DNA of 54,819 nucleotides, from NCBI GenBank assembly GCA_036742135.1, contig DAINRC010000001.1, positions 41,311 through 96,129 of the forward strand. The letters run 5' to 3'. The translations under genes and the position numbers were made by a program. Below are positions 18,612 to 27,870 of the stretch, one piece after another; position 1 is the stretch's first letter, and the number at the start of each line of letters is the position of its first letter. This DNA comes from Bacillota bacterium (GTDB lineage Bacteria > Bacillota > DSM-12270 > Thermacetogeniales > Thermacetogeniaceae). The notes under the pieces were generated by a model. That model searched no databases and was not told where the DNA came from. It worked only from the letters and a program-made list of their open reading frames with translations.

Positions 18612-19724
18612 TCAACCAGCTCCTTCGATTTTGTAGCTCGATTTCATTGCTCTTATGAAGGCGTCGACGATCCTGGGGTCAAAGTGGGACCCTGCACAGC
18701 GCTTGATCTCAGCTAAGGCCTCGCTAAAGCTTGCCCCTTTCCTGTAGGGCCTGTCTGTGGTGATGGCGTCAAAGGCGTCAGCAACAGCAATGATCCGGGC
18801 AAAGAGAGGTATTTCATCATCTTTGATTCCTTTAGGATAACCGCTGCCATCGTATTTTTCCTGGTGATATAAGGCCCCTTCTTGAATCTTTTCAGCCAGG
18901 TGGCGTGGCCTTACAGTGGCGAGAATGTGCGCTCCAATCTCGGGGTGGGATCTCATAATTTTCCACTTATGATCATCAAGAGGGCCCTGGTAGAGAAGAA
19001 CCTCATCGCGAATTCCTATTTTCCCGATGTCGTGTAGGAGTGCCGCCCGCTCCAGGATTTCCAATTCTTCGGCAGTCAGGCCCAGTTCTTTACCAATGAG
19101 GAGAGAGTACTTGCTGACTCGTTCTGAGTGGCCGCGCGTGTAGGGGTCGCGAGCATCGAGGGCTGAAACGAGGGCACGAATCAAGCTGTTTAGGAGCATT
19201 GCCTGCCAGTTGTAGAGGCGGCTGTTTTCGAGAGCGATTGCCGCGTGGCCTGCAAAAGCCAGGGCAGTTTCCAGGTCGTCAGTGGTAAACTTTTTGTCCT
19301 CCTTTTTGTTGACTAACTGGAGGCAGCCGATCACCTCTTTTCGTCCCCTGAGAGGGATGCACAGGAGGGAGTAAGTCGTGAAACCGGTAGCTTCATCAAA
19401 CCGCTTCGCCCAGGCAGGGTCACTGCGGACATCCTCAATCAGGCAGGGTTCGTTTCGGGCGACAACCTGCCCGGCGAGGCCTTCTCCAGGTTTCAAGCTC
19501 ATCCCTTTTAAAAGTTCGGCCTTGGGACCGCGGGCGACCTGAGGAGTGAGGTAGCCTTCTTCATCAAGCAACCACAGGGTTCCTGCTTCAGCGTGGACGA
19601 CCTCGATCGATTTATCCAAGATCAGTTCCAGCAACTTGTCAAGGTCGAGCTGGGAGTTGAGGAGGTAACTTATTTCGAGGAGGGTTTGCCACCTTCCATC
19701 GAAAGACTTTTTTCGGAGATTCAT
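18612..19724 (-). CDS. GAF / HD-GYP domain protein (HQE variant)
   Basis: RBS ggagg. GAF (GEGLAGQVVARNEPCLIEDV). LLHDIGKIGIRDEVLL ... MRSHPEIG ... YHQEKYDGSGYP ... DRPYRKG. Confidence 0.85.
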   Translation of the reverse strand: MNLRKKSFDGRWQTLLEISYLLNSQLDLDKLLELILDKSIEVVHAEAGTLWLLDEEGYLTPQVARGPKAELLKGMSLKPGEGLAGQVVARNEPCLIEDVRSDPAWAKRFDEATGFTTYSLLCIPLRGRKEVIGCLQLVNKKEDKKFTTDDLETALAFAGHAAIALENSRLYNWQAMLLNSLIRALVSALDARDPYTRGHSERVSKYSLLIGKELGLTAEELEILERAALLHDIGKIGIRDEVLLYQGPLDDHKWKIMRSHPEIGAHILATVRPRHLAEKIQEGALYHQEKYDGSGYPKGIKDDEIPLFARIIAVADAFDAITTDRPYRKGASFSEALAEIKRCAGSHFDPRIVDAFIRAMKSSYKIEGAG

Positions 19725-19817
19725 TTTTGCCTCCGCGTTCGCAATTTTTCGACAGTAAAAATTTTATCACAAGAGAAGCTGGGAACAATACCCTTATCCT
19801 GAAAAAGGTGAGCTTGA

Positions 19818-20588
19818 ATGGCTTTGCATTTCGGTTTTTATGAACTTTTGGCAAGTATTCTGGGGCTGTGTGTGGGCAGTTTCCTGAATGTGGTTATCTA
19901 CCGGCTGCCTCGCGGCCAAACTGTTGTCTCGGGGCGTTCTTTTTGCCCTCACTGCGGGCACATCCTTTCCTGGCGCGACCTGGTTCCTTTGTTCAGTTAC
20001 CTCATTCTTCGGGGTCGCTGCCGCTACTGTGGGGCGAAGATCTCCTGGCGTTACCCTCTGGTAGAAGTGGTAACAGCGGCTATATTTTTCCTCATTTACC
20101 TTCACTTTGGGAACAACTTTATTGTTCTCCTCAAGTATTTTTGCTTTTCAGGGCTCCTCATTGCTGCTGCTTTCATTGATGTTGAACACTACCTGATACC
20201 TGATAGGCTGGTGCTGGCTGGACTTGTTGCAGGAGTCTTCTTCACCCTCCTGCCTGGGGACCTGGGAGTCGGGGGCGCGCTGCTGGGAGCCGTTGTTGCA
20301 GGAGGGTTTTTGTTCCTTGTGGCGGTTCTCAGCAGGGGTGGCCTGGGTGGTGGAGACATTAAGCTGGGGGCAGTTGTGGGCCTTTTTCTCGGCTGGCCTT
20401 GGGGTCCTTTGAGCATCTTTTTGGGCTGTTGTTTTGGGGGTGTTGCTGGTCTCATGCTACTGGTGTTGAGGATCAAGGGCCGGAAGGACCCCCTTCCCCT
20501 TGGTCCTTTTATCGCTCTGGGTGCAATCGTTTCTCTCCTCTGGGGCCAGCAAATCATTGATTGGTACTTTCGATGCCTCTTGCTGTAG
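19818..20588 (+). CDS. pilD: prepilin peptidase / N-methyltransferase (A24 family)
   Basis: CPHCGH...CRYCG zinc motif. Polytopic, with GGGDIKL and the second catalytic Asp region. Confidence 0.9.
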   Translation: MALHFGFYELLASILGLCVGSFLNVVIYRLPRGQTVVSGRSFCPHCGHILSWRDLVPLFSYLILRGRCRYCGAKISWRYPLVEVVTAAIFFLIYLHFGNNFIVLLKYFCFSGLLIAAAFIDVEHYLIPDRLVLAGLVAGVFFTLLPGDLGVGGALLGAVVAGGFLFLVAVLSRGGLGGGDIKLGAVVGLFLGWPWGPLSIFLGCCFGGVAGLMLLVLRIKGRKDPLPLGPFIALGAIVSLLWGQQIIDWYFRCLLL

Positions 20589-20661
20589 TTATGCAGAGCC
20601 CGGAGGAACTGGGGAGGGTAGCTTGCTTGTTTAATGACTTCGTTTTAGGGAGAGGGAAAGA

Positions 20662-21213
20662 GTGAAAGTTCCAAAAAGACAGCTCCAGGCCACCTTTCAC
20701 TGTGGCAGGGTCCTTCCTTCGAAGGGATTCAGCCTGTTCGAAGTGTCGGTTGTAATCCTCGTTTTCGGGGTCCTGTTACTGGGAGTCGCGGTTCCCCAAA
20801 TAAACCGCAGCTTTGCAGCATTCCGCCTGGAGTCTAGTGCTCAGAGTATTGCTGCCGACATCCGCGAACTCCAACAGCGCAATCTTGGTGAAGAACTTGA
20901 CGAAGGCAGTGGCACTATTTCGATCAAGTTTTATCCCTCTGTCGACAAGTATCACTTGAAGAAACCAGCTCACCCGTTGCCAGTCATATTGAAATCTGTG
21001 CAACTCCCTTCAAGCGTGGACCTGGTAGAGGCCAAGTTTGGCAGCAGTTGGGAGCTTTCTTTTTCCAAAACAGGGGCACCTTTTCCCGGTGGGGGAACAG
21101 TTACACTTCAGGATCGAGTTTCCAGAAAGTTCAAGTATGTAATTGTGGCTGCGATAACCGGAAGGGTGCGTGTCAGTGACTGTCCACCAGAAAAATGGGA
21201 AATTTCCCCCTAG
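20662..21213 (+). CDS. pseudopilin / minor pilin (prepilin-type N-terminus)
   Basis: GTG after agggagaggg. Leader ...LPSKG|FSLFEVSVVILVFGVLLLGV. Confidence 0.7.
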   Translation: MKVPKRQLQATFHCGRVLPSKGFSLFEVSVVILVFGVLLLGVAVPQINRSFAAFRLESSAQSIAADIRELQQRNLGEELDEGSGTISIKFYPSVDKYHLKKPAHPLPVILKSVQLPSSVDLVEAKFGSSWELSFSKTGAPFPGGGTVTLQDRVSRKFKYVIVAAITGRVRVSDCPPEKWEISP

Positions 21214-21905
21214 AAGCCACTAGTGATTTCGAAGGAACGGACAATGCTTTCTGCCAGAGCTTTGACCATTATCTCCTGGCAGGTGAAAACCGGAGATTTT
21301 GGGTCTCCTGTCTTGTAGTCGCGAAACACCTCGATGTGGATCCCGAAAATTTTCCTTCCCTGCAGTTGGAGCTTCCTGATTTTCTGGAAGAGGTAGGTCT
21401 TTCTGGCCTTCATTACTACATCTTGATCAAATGGAAATACCCCAATGGATGGTGGAGGAAGGGGCAGTCCTTTTTTCCATCTCATGGCGATTTCTTTTCT
21501 AAGGCTGTGGCGAAATGTAGAGAAATTCTCTGCAAATTTTTTGTCCAGTGGGTGATGGGGATTGAACTCGAATCCGCAGGAGATCTCCAGGTCGTAGTGA
21601 CCGCGGACATGGCCGTGGATCTCCAGGAAAAGCTCCACTTCTTCCGCGAGGGCAATCTCTTGGTATGTCAAACACAACTCACGAAAGCGGGGAGTAGAGG
21701 CAAGAGAAGGGTCTTTGTTGAGGTCTACCAGTGGTTTTAACCTTTCGGCGAAAACTAAGGTTGCTCTCAGGTGGCCGGCGAGCATTGTGGCGATTTCTTT
21801 GGTGAAGTAGTCGCAACCAGGCACACAGCCATGGTGGGGAGCTGCAACAACGATTTCTTTATTTTCCCCTTTTTGATAGTAGAGGCAGTCGAAAAGCCTG
21901 ACCAT
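21210..21905 (-). CDS. hypothetical protein, possibly of the N-formylglutamate amidohydrolase (FGase)-like hydrolase fold
   Basis: ATG 21905 is preceded by aaggaagag; the upstream ATG 21929 has no RBS. Motifs VAAPHHG, ERLKPLVDLNKD and LFLEIHGH resemble the FGase HxG / DLNR / xxHS pattern. This is a weak assignment made from memory. Confidence 0.4.
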   Translation of the reverse strand: MVRLFDCLYYQKGENKEIVVAAPHHGCVPGCDYFTKEIATMLAGHLRATLVFAERLKPLVDLNKDPSLASTPRFRELCLTYQEIALAEEVELFLEIHGHVRGHYDLEISCGFEFNPHHPLDKKFAENFSTFRHSLRKEIAMRWKKGLPLPPPSIGVFPFDQDVVMKARKTYLFQKIRKLQLQGRKIFGIHIEVFRDYKTGDPKSPVFTCQEIMVKALAESIVRSFEITSGF

Positions 21906-22136
21906 ATTCTCTTCCTTTTCCTGTTCCATAAAGGTGATTGGTCCTTGTCATATTCAAGGGTTAGTTTTATCTCTGAAATTCTTCTTTAAAAAACCAAATC
22001 CTGCTTCCCGGAGCGAATTTTGGGTCTATAACGACCAGAAGGCACCAAAAATTTTTTATTCGCTTTCTGGAGGTATAGTGGTGGAGGTGGTGGTAGACAA
22101 TAGAAAAGAATAAAGGTATGATGATTGATGGTGTGA

Positions 22137-23573
22137 GTGGCAGAGCAAATGTTGGCAATGGGGGAAAGAATGATGTTTTCGAAAACCGAACTTGAAGAGA
22201 TTCTACAAGTCGCCCAAAAGGGGGGCGATTTTGCAGAAATCTTTCTTGAGGAAAAGAGGGTCACCAGAATTGGGTGTGAGGACAAGAAGATCGAGCGGGT
22301 GATTGCAGGAACCGAACGTGGGGCGGGAATCAGGGTTTTGAAAGGAGAGCATACTGCCTACGGCTACACCAATGACCTGAGCAAGGAAAACCTGCTAAAA
22401 CTTGCAAAAAGGGTGAGTAGGGCAGTTTGCGAAAACCCTGATGCCAGTGTAGTTATTAGTCCCCAAAAATTACCTGATCCCTTCCCTGTAGAGAAGCGCC
22501 CTGATAAGATCTCTATTAACGATAAAGCGGCTTTCGTTGAGGCTGCCGATGAAGCAGCACGATCTGTAGATGCCAAACTTGTCCGGCAGGTTACTGTCGG
22601 CTATAGTGATGTAGTTCAAAGAGTGTTGATTGCCAACACCGAAGGGACATTGGTGGAGGATGAGCGCATCCGCACCAGGCTTGCCGTCAATGTCGTGGCA
22701 GCAGATGGTGGCGTGATCCAGACAGGATTTGAGGCAGCAGGGGGGACACAAGGCCTTGAGCTCTTTGAAGAAGAGACCCCTTGGGAACTGGGGCGCAAGG
22801 CTGCCAACCGTGCCATTTTGATGCTCAAAGCGAGGCATGCCCCGGCGGGGAGAATGCCTGTTGTTCTTTCCGGTGAGGCTGGTGGAACCATGATCCACGA
22901 GGCCTGTGGCCATGGCTTGGAGGCTGACCTGGTGCAGAGGAAGCTTTCCGTTTATGCGGGAAGAAAAGGAGAGAAAGTGGCTTCAGAGTTGGTCACTGTG
23001 ATTGATGACGCCACCTTACCAGGGAAGTATGGTTCTTTCCGGTGCGATGATGAAGGGAATCCGGCGCAACGGACTGTGCTCATCGAAAACGGTGTTCTGC
23101 AGGGCTACCTCTACGATTACCTGACTGCCCGCAAAGATGGGGTGAAGCCTACGGGGAACGGACGGCGGGAGTCTTATCAGCACCAGCCGATACCGAGGAT
23201 GTCGAACACCTTTCTTGCCCCTGGTGATGCTTCTCCCGAGGAGATCATCAAGGAAACCAAGAAGGGGCTTTTCGTCAAGAAGATGGGAGGTGGTCAGGTA
23301 AACACTGTTAATGGTGATTTCGTTTTTGAAGTTACTGAAGGCTACCTGATCGAAGATGGAGAAGTGAGGGCTCCAGTAAGGGGAGCAACGATTACTGGTA
23401 ACGGGCCTGAGGTGCTGCGCCAGATCGACATGGTCGGCAATGACCTTGGCTTTGGGATCGGCACATGTGGCAAAGACGGGCAAGGTGTGCCTGTATCCGA
23501 TGCTCAGCCGACGATCCGCATTCCTGAACTGATCGTCGGAGGAATTTTGGAGGAAGAAGGTGACCAAGATTGA
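22137..23573 (+). CDS. tldD: metalloprotease TldD; start uncertain (GTG 22137, or ATG 22170/22173)
   Basis: HEACGHGLEAD zinc motif and C-terminal GDFVFEVTEGYLIEDG. Paired with pmbA. Confidence 0.88.
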   Translation: MAEQMLAMGERMMFSKTELEEILQVAQKGGDFAEIFLEEKRVTRIGCEDKKIERVIAGTERGAGIRVLKGEHTAYGYTNDLSKENLLKLAKRVSRAVCENPDASVVISPQKLPDPFPVEKRPDKISINDKAAFVEAADEAARSVDAKLVRQVTVGYSDVVQRVLIANTEGTLVEDERIRTRLAVNVVAADGGVIQTGFEAAGGTQGLELFEEETPWELGRKAANRAILMLKARHAPAGRMPVVLSGEAGGTMIHEACGHGLEADLVQRKLSVYAGRKGEKVASELVTVIDDATLPGKYGSFRCDDEGNPAQRTVLIENGVLQGYLYDYLTARKDGVKPTGNGRRESYQHQPIPRMSNTFLAPGDASPEEIIKETKKGLFVKKMGGGQVNTVNGDFVFEVTEGYLIEDGEVRAPVRGATITGNGPEVLRQIDMVGNDLGFGIGTCGKDGQGVPVSDAQPTIRIPELIVGGILEEEGDQD

Positions 23574-24922
23574 ATGGTGGAAAAGAGCTTGATGCAAGAG
23601 AACTGGTGTCTGCAGTTGTTGCCGAGGCTGAGAAAAGGGGCGCAGAAATGGTCGAGGCCTATTACCAGCGAAGTGAAGACCTCACTATCGAGGTCCGCAA
23701 CGGAGAAGTGGAGACCCTGAAGATAGCTGGGGAAGAAGGCCTGGGAATCAGGGTAATCAAGGGCAAGAGTCTTGGTTTTGCTTACACTTCAGACCTGAGT
23801 TGGAGTTCAGTGAAGGAGACGATAGATGCTGCTCTTGCCAACCTCCAGGTGGCCAGTGAGGACAGCTTCAACATCTTGCCTGAAGCTCCTTCCAGCTATC
23901 CAGAACTTGACCTCCTCGACCCTGCCTTGAGAGAGGTGCCACTCGAAGAAAAAATTGAAAAAGCGCGGGCGATAGAAAGAGCTGGCCGTTCTTTTGATCC
24001 TCGTGTTCGCCTTACTGACCGGGTCAGTTATGAGGATAGCTGGTATCAGGTAGCCATCGGCAATTCTCGTGGAATCCTGGCTTCTCATCAGGGGGCTTTC
24101 TGTGGAGGCAGTGCTGTTCTGGTTGCCGAGTCTGAGGGCGAGCAGCAGACTGGGTTTTCTTTCCAGCTCACGAGGAGATATCACGATTTCGACCCTGAGG
24201 AGATTGGTCAAGAGGCTGCTTTAAAAGCAGTAAGGATGCTGGGAGCGCGTCCGAGAGAGACAATGAAGGTTCCTATTGTTTTCGACCCTTATGTAGTCAC
24301 CAATTTCTTAGGGCTGTTGGCAACAGCCCTGACTGCCGAGGCTGTCCAGAAAGGAAGGTCGCTTTTTGCTGGAAGAGTGGGAGAGAAAGTGGCTGCCAGT
24401 GGCATCACCATTATTGATGATTCGCTTCTCGACGGGGGTATTTTAAGTGCTCCTTTCGACGGGGAAGGGGTTCCCGGACAGCGCAAGCTTCTCATTAAAG
24501 ACGGCTACCTGCGGGGCTTTCTCCATAATGCCTACACTGCGGCAAAGGATGGGGTGGCCTCTACAGGAAATGCCTTACGGGCTTCTTACAAGGTCCCACC
24601 TGAGGTGGGAAGCAGTAATTTCTTTTTAGCTCCCGGGAAAATGAAGAACGAGGAGATCATTCGCAACACCGAGCGCGGTCTTTACCTCACTGAGGTGATG
24701 GGAATGCATACAGCGAACCCGATTTCTGGGGACTTTTCTGTTGGGGCTGCAGGAATCTGGATTGAAGGTGGAGAATTAACTAAACCAGTGCGGGGAATGG
24801 TAATAGCTGGCAACATCATCAGGCTTTTGGAGATGGTGGATGCAGTCGGAAGTGAGGTGCGGTTTTTCGGTGGGAGGGGAGCACCTGTGATTAGGGTTCA
24901 TGGTCTCACTCTCAGCGGATAG
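23570..24922 (+). CDS. pmbA: TldD partner protein PmbA/TldE
   Basis: Overlaps the tldD stop. PmbA_TldD fold with no HExxH. ISGDFSVGAAGIWIEGGE. Confidence 0.88.
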   Translation: MNGGKELDARELVSAVVAEAEKRGAEMVEAYYQRSEDLTIEVRNGEVETLKIAGEEGLGIRVIKGKSLGFAYTSDLSWSSVKETIDAALANLQVASEDSFNILPEAPSSYPELDLLDPALREVPLEEKIEKARAIERAGRSFDPRVRLTDRVSYEDSWYQVAIGNSRGILASHQGAFCGGSAVLVAESEGEQQTGFSFQLTRRYHDFDPEEIGQEAALKAVRMLGARPRETMKVPIVFDPYVVTNFLGLLATALTAEAVQKGRSLFAGRVGEKVAASGITIIDDSLLDGGILSAPFDGEGVPGQRKLLIKDGYLRGFLHNAYTAAKDGVASTGNALRASYKVPPEVGSSNFFLAPGKMKNEEIIRNTERGLYLTEVMGMHTANPISGDFSVGAAGIWIEGGELTKPVRGMVIAGNIIRLLEMVDAVGSEVRFFGGRGAPVIRVHGLTLSG

Positions 24923-25092
24923 ATCAACAGAAAAGCTCGAAGATCAATGTTATGGTTTGCTCGTGCAGCGTGGTACTTTCTTCCAAAGCAAAACTAAACT
25001 CCACCCCAGGGAGCGGAAAAACTGCATTACCTCAGGTTTGGGCAGACAGTTACTTGTAATGAGACCCTGCTGTTGTGGAGGGGGAAGAGTTT

Positions 25093-25545
25093 TTGTTCCG
25101 GATTTTGGTGCTTCACGGGCCTAATTTGAACTTGCTGGGAGATAGAGAAACAGATGTTTATGGAACAGTCACCCTCGAAGAAATTAACAAGCAGTTAGCA
25201 GAACAGGCAGAAGAGCTTGGTGCCGCCGTGGAGTTTTTCCAGTCAAACCATGAAGGTGAACTTATCGACAAGATTCACCAGGCGAAGGGTTGCTTTGATG
25301 CAATCATCATCAATCCCGGTGCCCTCACCCACTACAGCTATGCCCTGCGGGATGCTCTCAGTGCCGTCTCTCTGCTGGTGATTGAGGTTCATCTGAGCAA
25401 TATCTACGCTCGTGAAGAGTGGCGCCACCATTCGGTAATCGCACCTGTGGTTCAGGGCCAGATCAGTGGTTTCGGTGCCCTCAGCTACTCGCTTGCTCTT
25501 ACCGCAGCCTGCAAACTTCTCCAAAAAGGAGCAGAACGAAAGTGA
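25093..25545 (+). CDS. aroQ: type II 3-dehydroquinate dehydratase
   Basis: TTG 25093 follows ggaggggg and gives [16 protein letters not shown]. Also [22 protein letters not shown] and HLSN. Confidence 0.9.
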   Translation: MFRILVLHGPNLNLLGDRETDVYGTVTLEEINKQLAEQAEELGAAVEFFQSNHEGELIDKIHQAKGCFDAIIINPGALTHYSYALRDALSAVSLLVIEVHLSNIYAREEWRHHSVIAPVVQGQISGFGALSYSLALTAACKLLQKGAERK

Positions 25546-26618
25546 ATAGCCAGCAGCAGAGATTGGAGCGGTTCCGGAAGCTGATGGTGGAAAAGGGGCT
25601 GGAAGCATTTCTGGTCTCGAAACCGGAGAACCGCAGGTATCTGAGCGGCTTTACGGGGAGTTCTGGGTTTCTCTTAATTACATCTCATGATGCAGTTCTT
25701 CTTACTGATGGCAGATACGAGCAGCAGGCGCAGCAGGAAGCAGATGGTTGGACGATCTTAATCTATAAGGGAGAATTTGTGGAGACATTTCGGGAAATCT
25801 GCGGCGACCTGCGGGTCCGGGAACTAGGCTTTGAAAAGGACCATCTAACTTATTATTTATATGAACAGTTTCAAGAAAACCTTTCGCAGATCCAGCTGCA
25901 TCCCTCTTCTGGTCTTGTGGAAAAATTGCGCATGATCAAAGATCAAGAGGAAATCAAGTTGATTCAGGAAGCCGCGGTGATCACCTGTGCTGCTTTCTGC
26001 TACCTGCTTGGTGTTCTTGAAGAGGCTCAAAGTGAAGAGGAAGTTGCGGCCATTTTAGAGTTTTTCATGAGGAAGAACCGGGGAGGTCCGCCAGCCTTTG
26101 AAACCATTGTTGCTGCTGGCGAGAGAAGTGCTCTCCCTCATGGAGTGGCCACAGAACAGAAGATCAGGCGGGGGCAAATGGTGGTGCTTGACCTGGGGGC
26201 ACGCTATCAGGGTTATGTAGCTGATTTCACGAGGACAGTTTGCTTGAGGAGAGTGGACCATCGCCAGCGGGAGATCTACGAGCTTGTCCACGAGGCTCAA
26301 GTACGTGCTCTGGAAGCAATCAAACCAGGGGTTACCGCCGCAGAGGTAGATGCAGCAGCAAGGTTCTTTTTCCAGAAGGCTGGCTATGGAGAATTTTTTA
26401 CCCATGCTCTCGGTCACGGTGTGGGGCTTTCGGTCCACGAAGAACCCCGTCTGGCTCCCGGGCAGGAAGTTGTCCTCGAGCCTGGAATGGTGGTCACTGT
26501 GGAGCCAGGACTATATTTACCGGGTTGGGGAGGTGTGCGTATTGAAGATACCGTGGTCGTAACCGCAACTGGCTGTGAGGTGCTCACACCAGTGACCAGA
26601 CATCTGCTCATTGTGTAA
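25542..26618 (+). CDS. Xaa-Pro aminopeptidase (M24B family)
   Basis: GTG 25542 overlaps the aroQ stop (GTGA), with RBS aaaggag. Metal ligands [28 protein letters not shown] and IED. The ORF-track start 25419 lies inside aroQ. Confidence 0.88.
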   Translation: MNSQQQRLERFRKLMVEKGLEAFLVSKPENRRYLSGFTGSSGFLLITSHDAVLLTDGRYEQQAQQEADGWTILIYKGEFVETFREICGDLRVRELGFEKDHLTYYLYEQFQENLSQIQLHPSSGLVEKLRMIKDQEEIKLIQEAAVITCAAFCYLLGVLEEAQSEEEVAAILEFFMRKNRGGPPAFETIVAAGERSALPHGVATEQKIRRGQMVVLDLGARYQGYVADFTRTVCLRRVDHRQREIYELVHEAQVRALEAIKPGVTAAEVDAAARFFFQKAGYGEFFTHALGHGVGLSVHEEPRLAPGQEVVLEPGMVVTVEPGLYLPGWGGVRIEDTVVVTATGCEVLTPVTRHLLIV

Positions 26619-26633
26619 TCTATTGTGTAATCT
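26610..26633. repeat. perfect tandem duplication of 12 bp (attgtgtaatct x2) spanning the stop codon
   Basis: 26610-26621 and 26622-26633 are identical. The TAA stop of the aminopeptidase gene lies in the first copy. Confidence 0.9.
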
Positions 26634-26690
26634 TTTTAAGCTTAACATAGATAAAAATCATGGGAAGGAGCGAAAGGCTGGGAGGAAAAC

Positions 26691-27248
26691 ATGATTTCTA
26701 CTAACGATTTTCGGACGGGATTGACCATTGAGGTTGATGGAGAGATCTATGTAGTCATCGATTTTCAGCACGTCAAGCCTGGGAAAGGTGCTGCCTTCGT
26801 CCGTTCTAAGCTGAAGAACTTGCGGACAGGAGCAGTAATTGATAGAACCTTCCGGGCAGGAGAAAAAATTCCCAGGGCTCACCTTGACCGCAGGGAGATG
26901 CAGTTCCTTTATCGAGATGGGGATTCCTTCGTGTTCATGGACAACGAAACTTACGACCAAATCAGTCTCAGTGAAGAACAGCTTGGGGAAAATGTTAAGT
27001 TTCTGAAAGAGAACATGAACATCTACCTGCTTACCCATCAGGGGGAAATCATCGGGATTGAGCTTCCTAACTTTGTAGAGCTGAAAGTTGTAGAGACCGA
27101 GCCCGGTGTTCGTGGAGACACAGTAACCGGTGGCACAAAACCTGCTACTCTGGAAACAGGGCTTGTCGTCCAGGTTCCCCTTTTCGTCGAGGTAGGTGAT
27201 GTGATCAGGGTTGATACCAGAACGGGAGAGTACCTTGAGCGCGTCTGA
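26691..27248 (+). CDS. efp: translation elongation factor P
   Basis: [20 protein letters not shown] ... [16 protein letters not shown]. 185 aa. Confidence 0.95.
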   Translation: MISTNDFRTGLTIEVDGEIYVVIDFQHVKPGKGAAFVRSKLKNLRTGAVIDRTFRAGEKIPRAHLDRREMQFLYRDGDSFVFMDNETYDQISLSEEQLGENVKFLKENMNIYLLTHQGEIIGIELPNFVELKVVETEPGVRGDTVTGGTKPATLETGLVVQVPLFVEVGDVIRVDTRTGEYLERV

Positions 27249-27275
27249 ACTAGTAAAAATTTAGGAGGGTAAGAA

Positions 27276-27728
27276 ATGAGTAATCTACGAGAGCGGATCG
27301 CCTACCTACAAGGCCTGGCTGAAGGGCTGAAGTTAGGTGAAGGTGATCAGAAAGACAAGATCATCAGAGAAGTTATTAGTGTGCTTGCTGATTTTGCTGA
27401 TGAACTAGAAAACCTTCAGGTAGCTGTGGAAGACCTAGAGATGTACCTGGAGGATATTGAGGAAGATCTTGAAGACTTTGAAGAAGATGAAGAGGATTTC
27501 TTCAGTGAGGAACAAGTAGATCAACAGGTAAAGTATATCGAAGTTGAGTGTCCCAGGTGCCATGATATTATTTGCTTTGAAGAAGATATCCTTGATGATG
27601 AAGATGTGATTGAAGTTACCTGTCCTAACTGCAATCGGGTTGTTTTTGTCAATGACGGGTCAATGCCTCTCCCTGAGAGAAAAAAAGAAAGATCTGGTGA
27701 TTCTCCCTCAGATGACGAGGAAATCTAA
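27276..27728 (+). CDS. conserved acidic zinc-ribbon protein of unknown function
   Basis: RBS aggaggg. An N-terminal helical region, a poly-Asp/Glu linker and CPRC...CPNC. Confidence 0.7.
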   Translation: MSNLRERIAYLQGLAEGLKLGEGDQKDKIIREVISVLADFADELENLQVAVEDLEMYLEDIEEDLEDFEEDEEDFFSEEQVDQQVKYIEVECPRCHDIICFEEDILDDEDVIEVTCPNCNRVVFVNDGSMPLPERKKERSGDSPSDDEEI

Positions 27729-27758
27729 AGCCTGCCTTGATTGAACACTACGCTTTTC

Positions 27759-27808
27759 ATGGGTTCCTCACCTGGCAACACGAACAGGCGAGGAACCCAT
27801 TTTGTTTT
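27759..27808 (+). terminator. intrinsic terminator
   Basis: atgggttcctc 27759-27769 pairs with gaggaacccat 27790-27800 and is followed by ttttgtttt. Confidence 0.7.
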
Positions 27809-27870
27809 CTACCTTTCATAACTCTGGAGCCGGACAAATATCTATGTAAGTAGCAGGGAGGGGTAGGGGA

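Noticed and set aside
27809-27870. Sigma-E/G-type sporulation promoter upstream of spoIIIAA (tttcataac ... atatctatg)
   Set aside because: Only about 3 of 8 positions match the CATACA-T -10 consensus in any register. This is too weak to annotate without transcript data.
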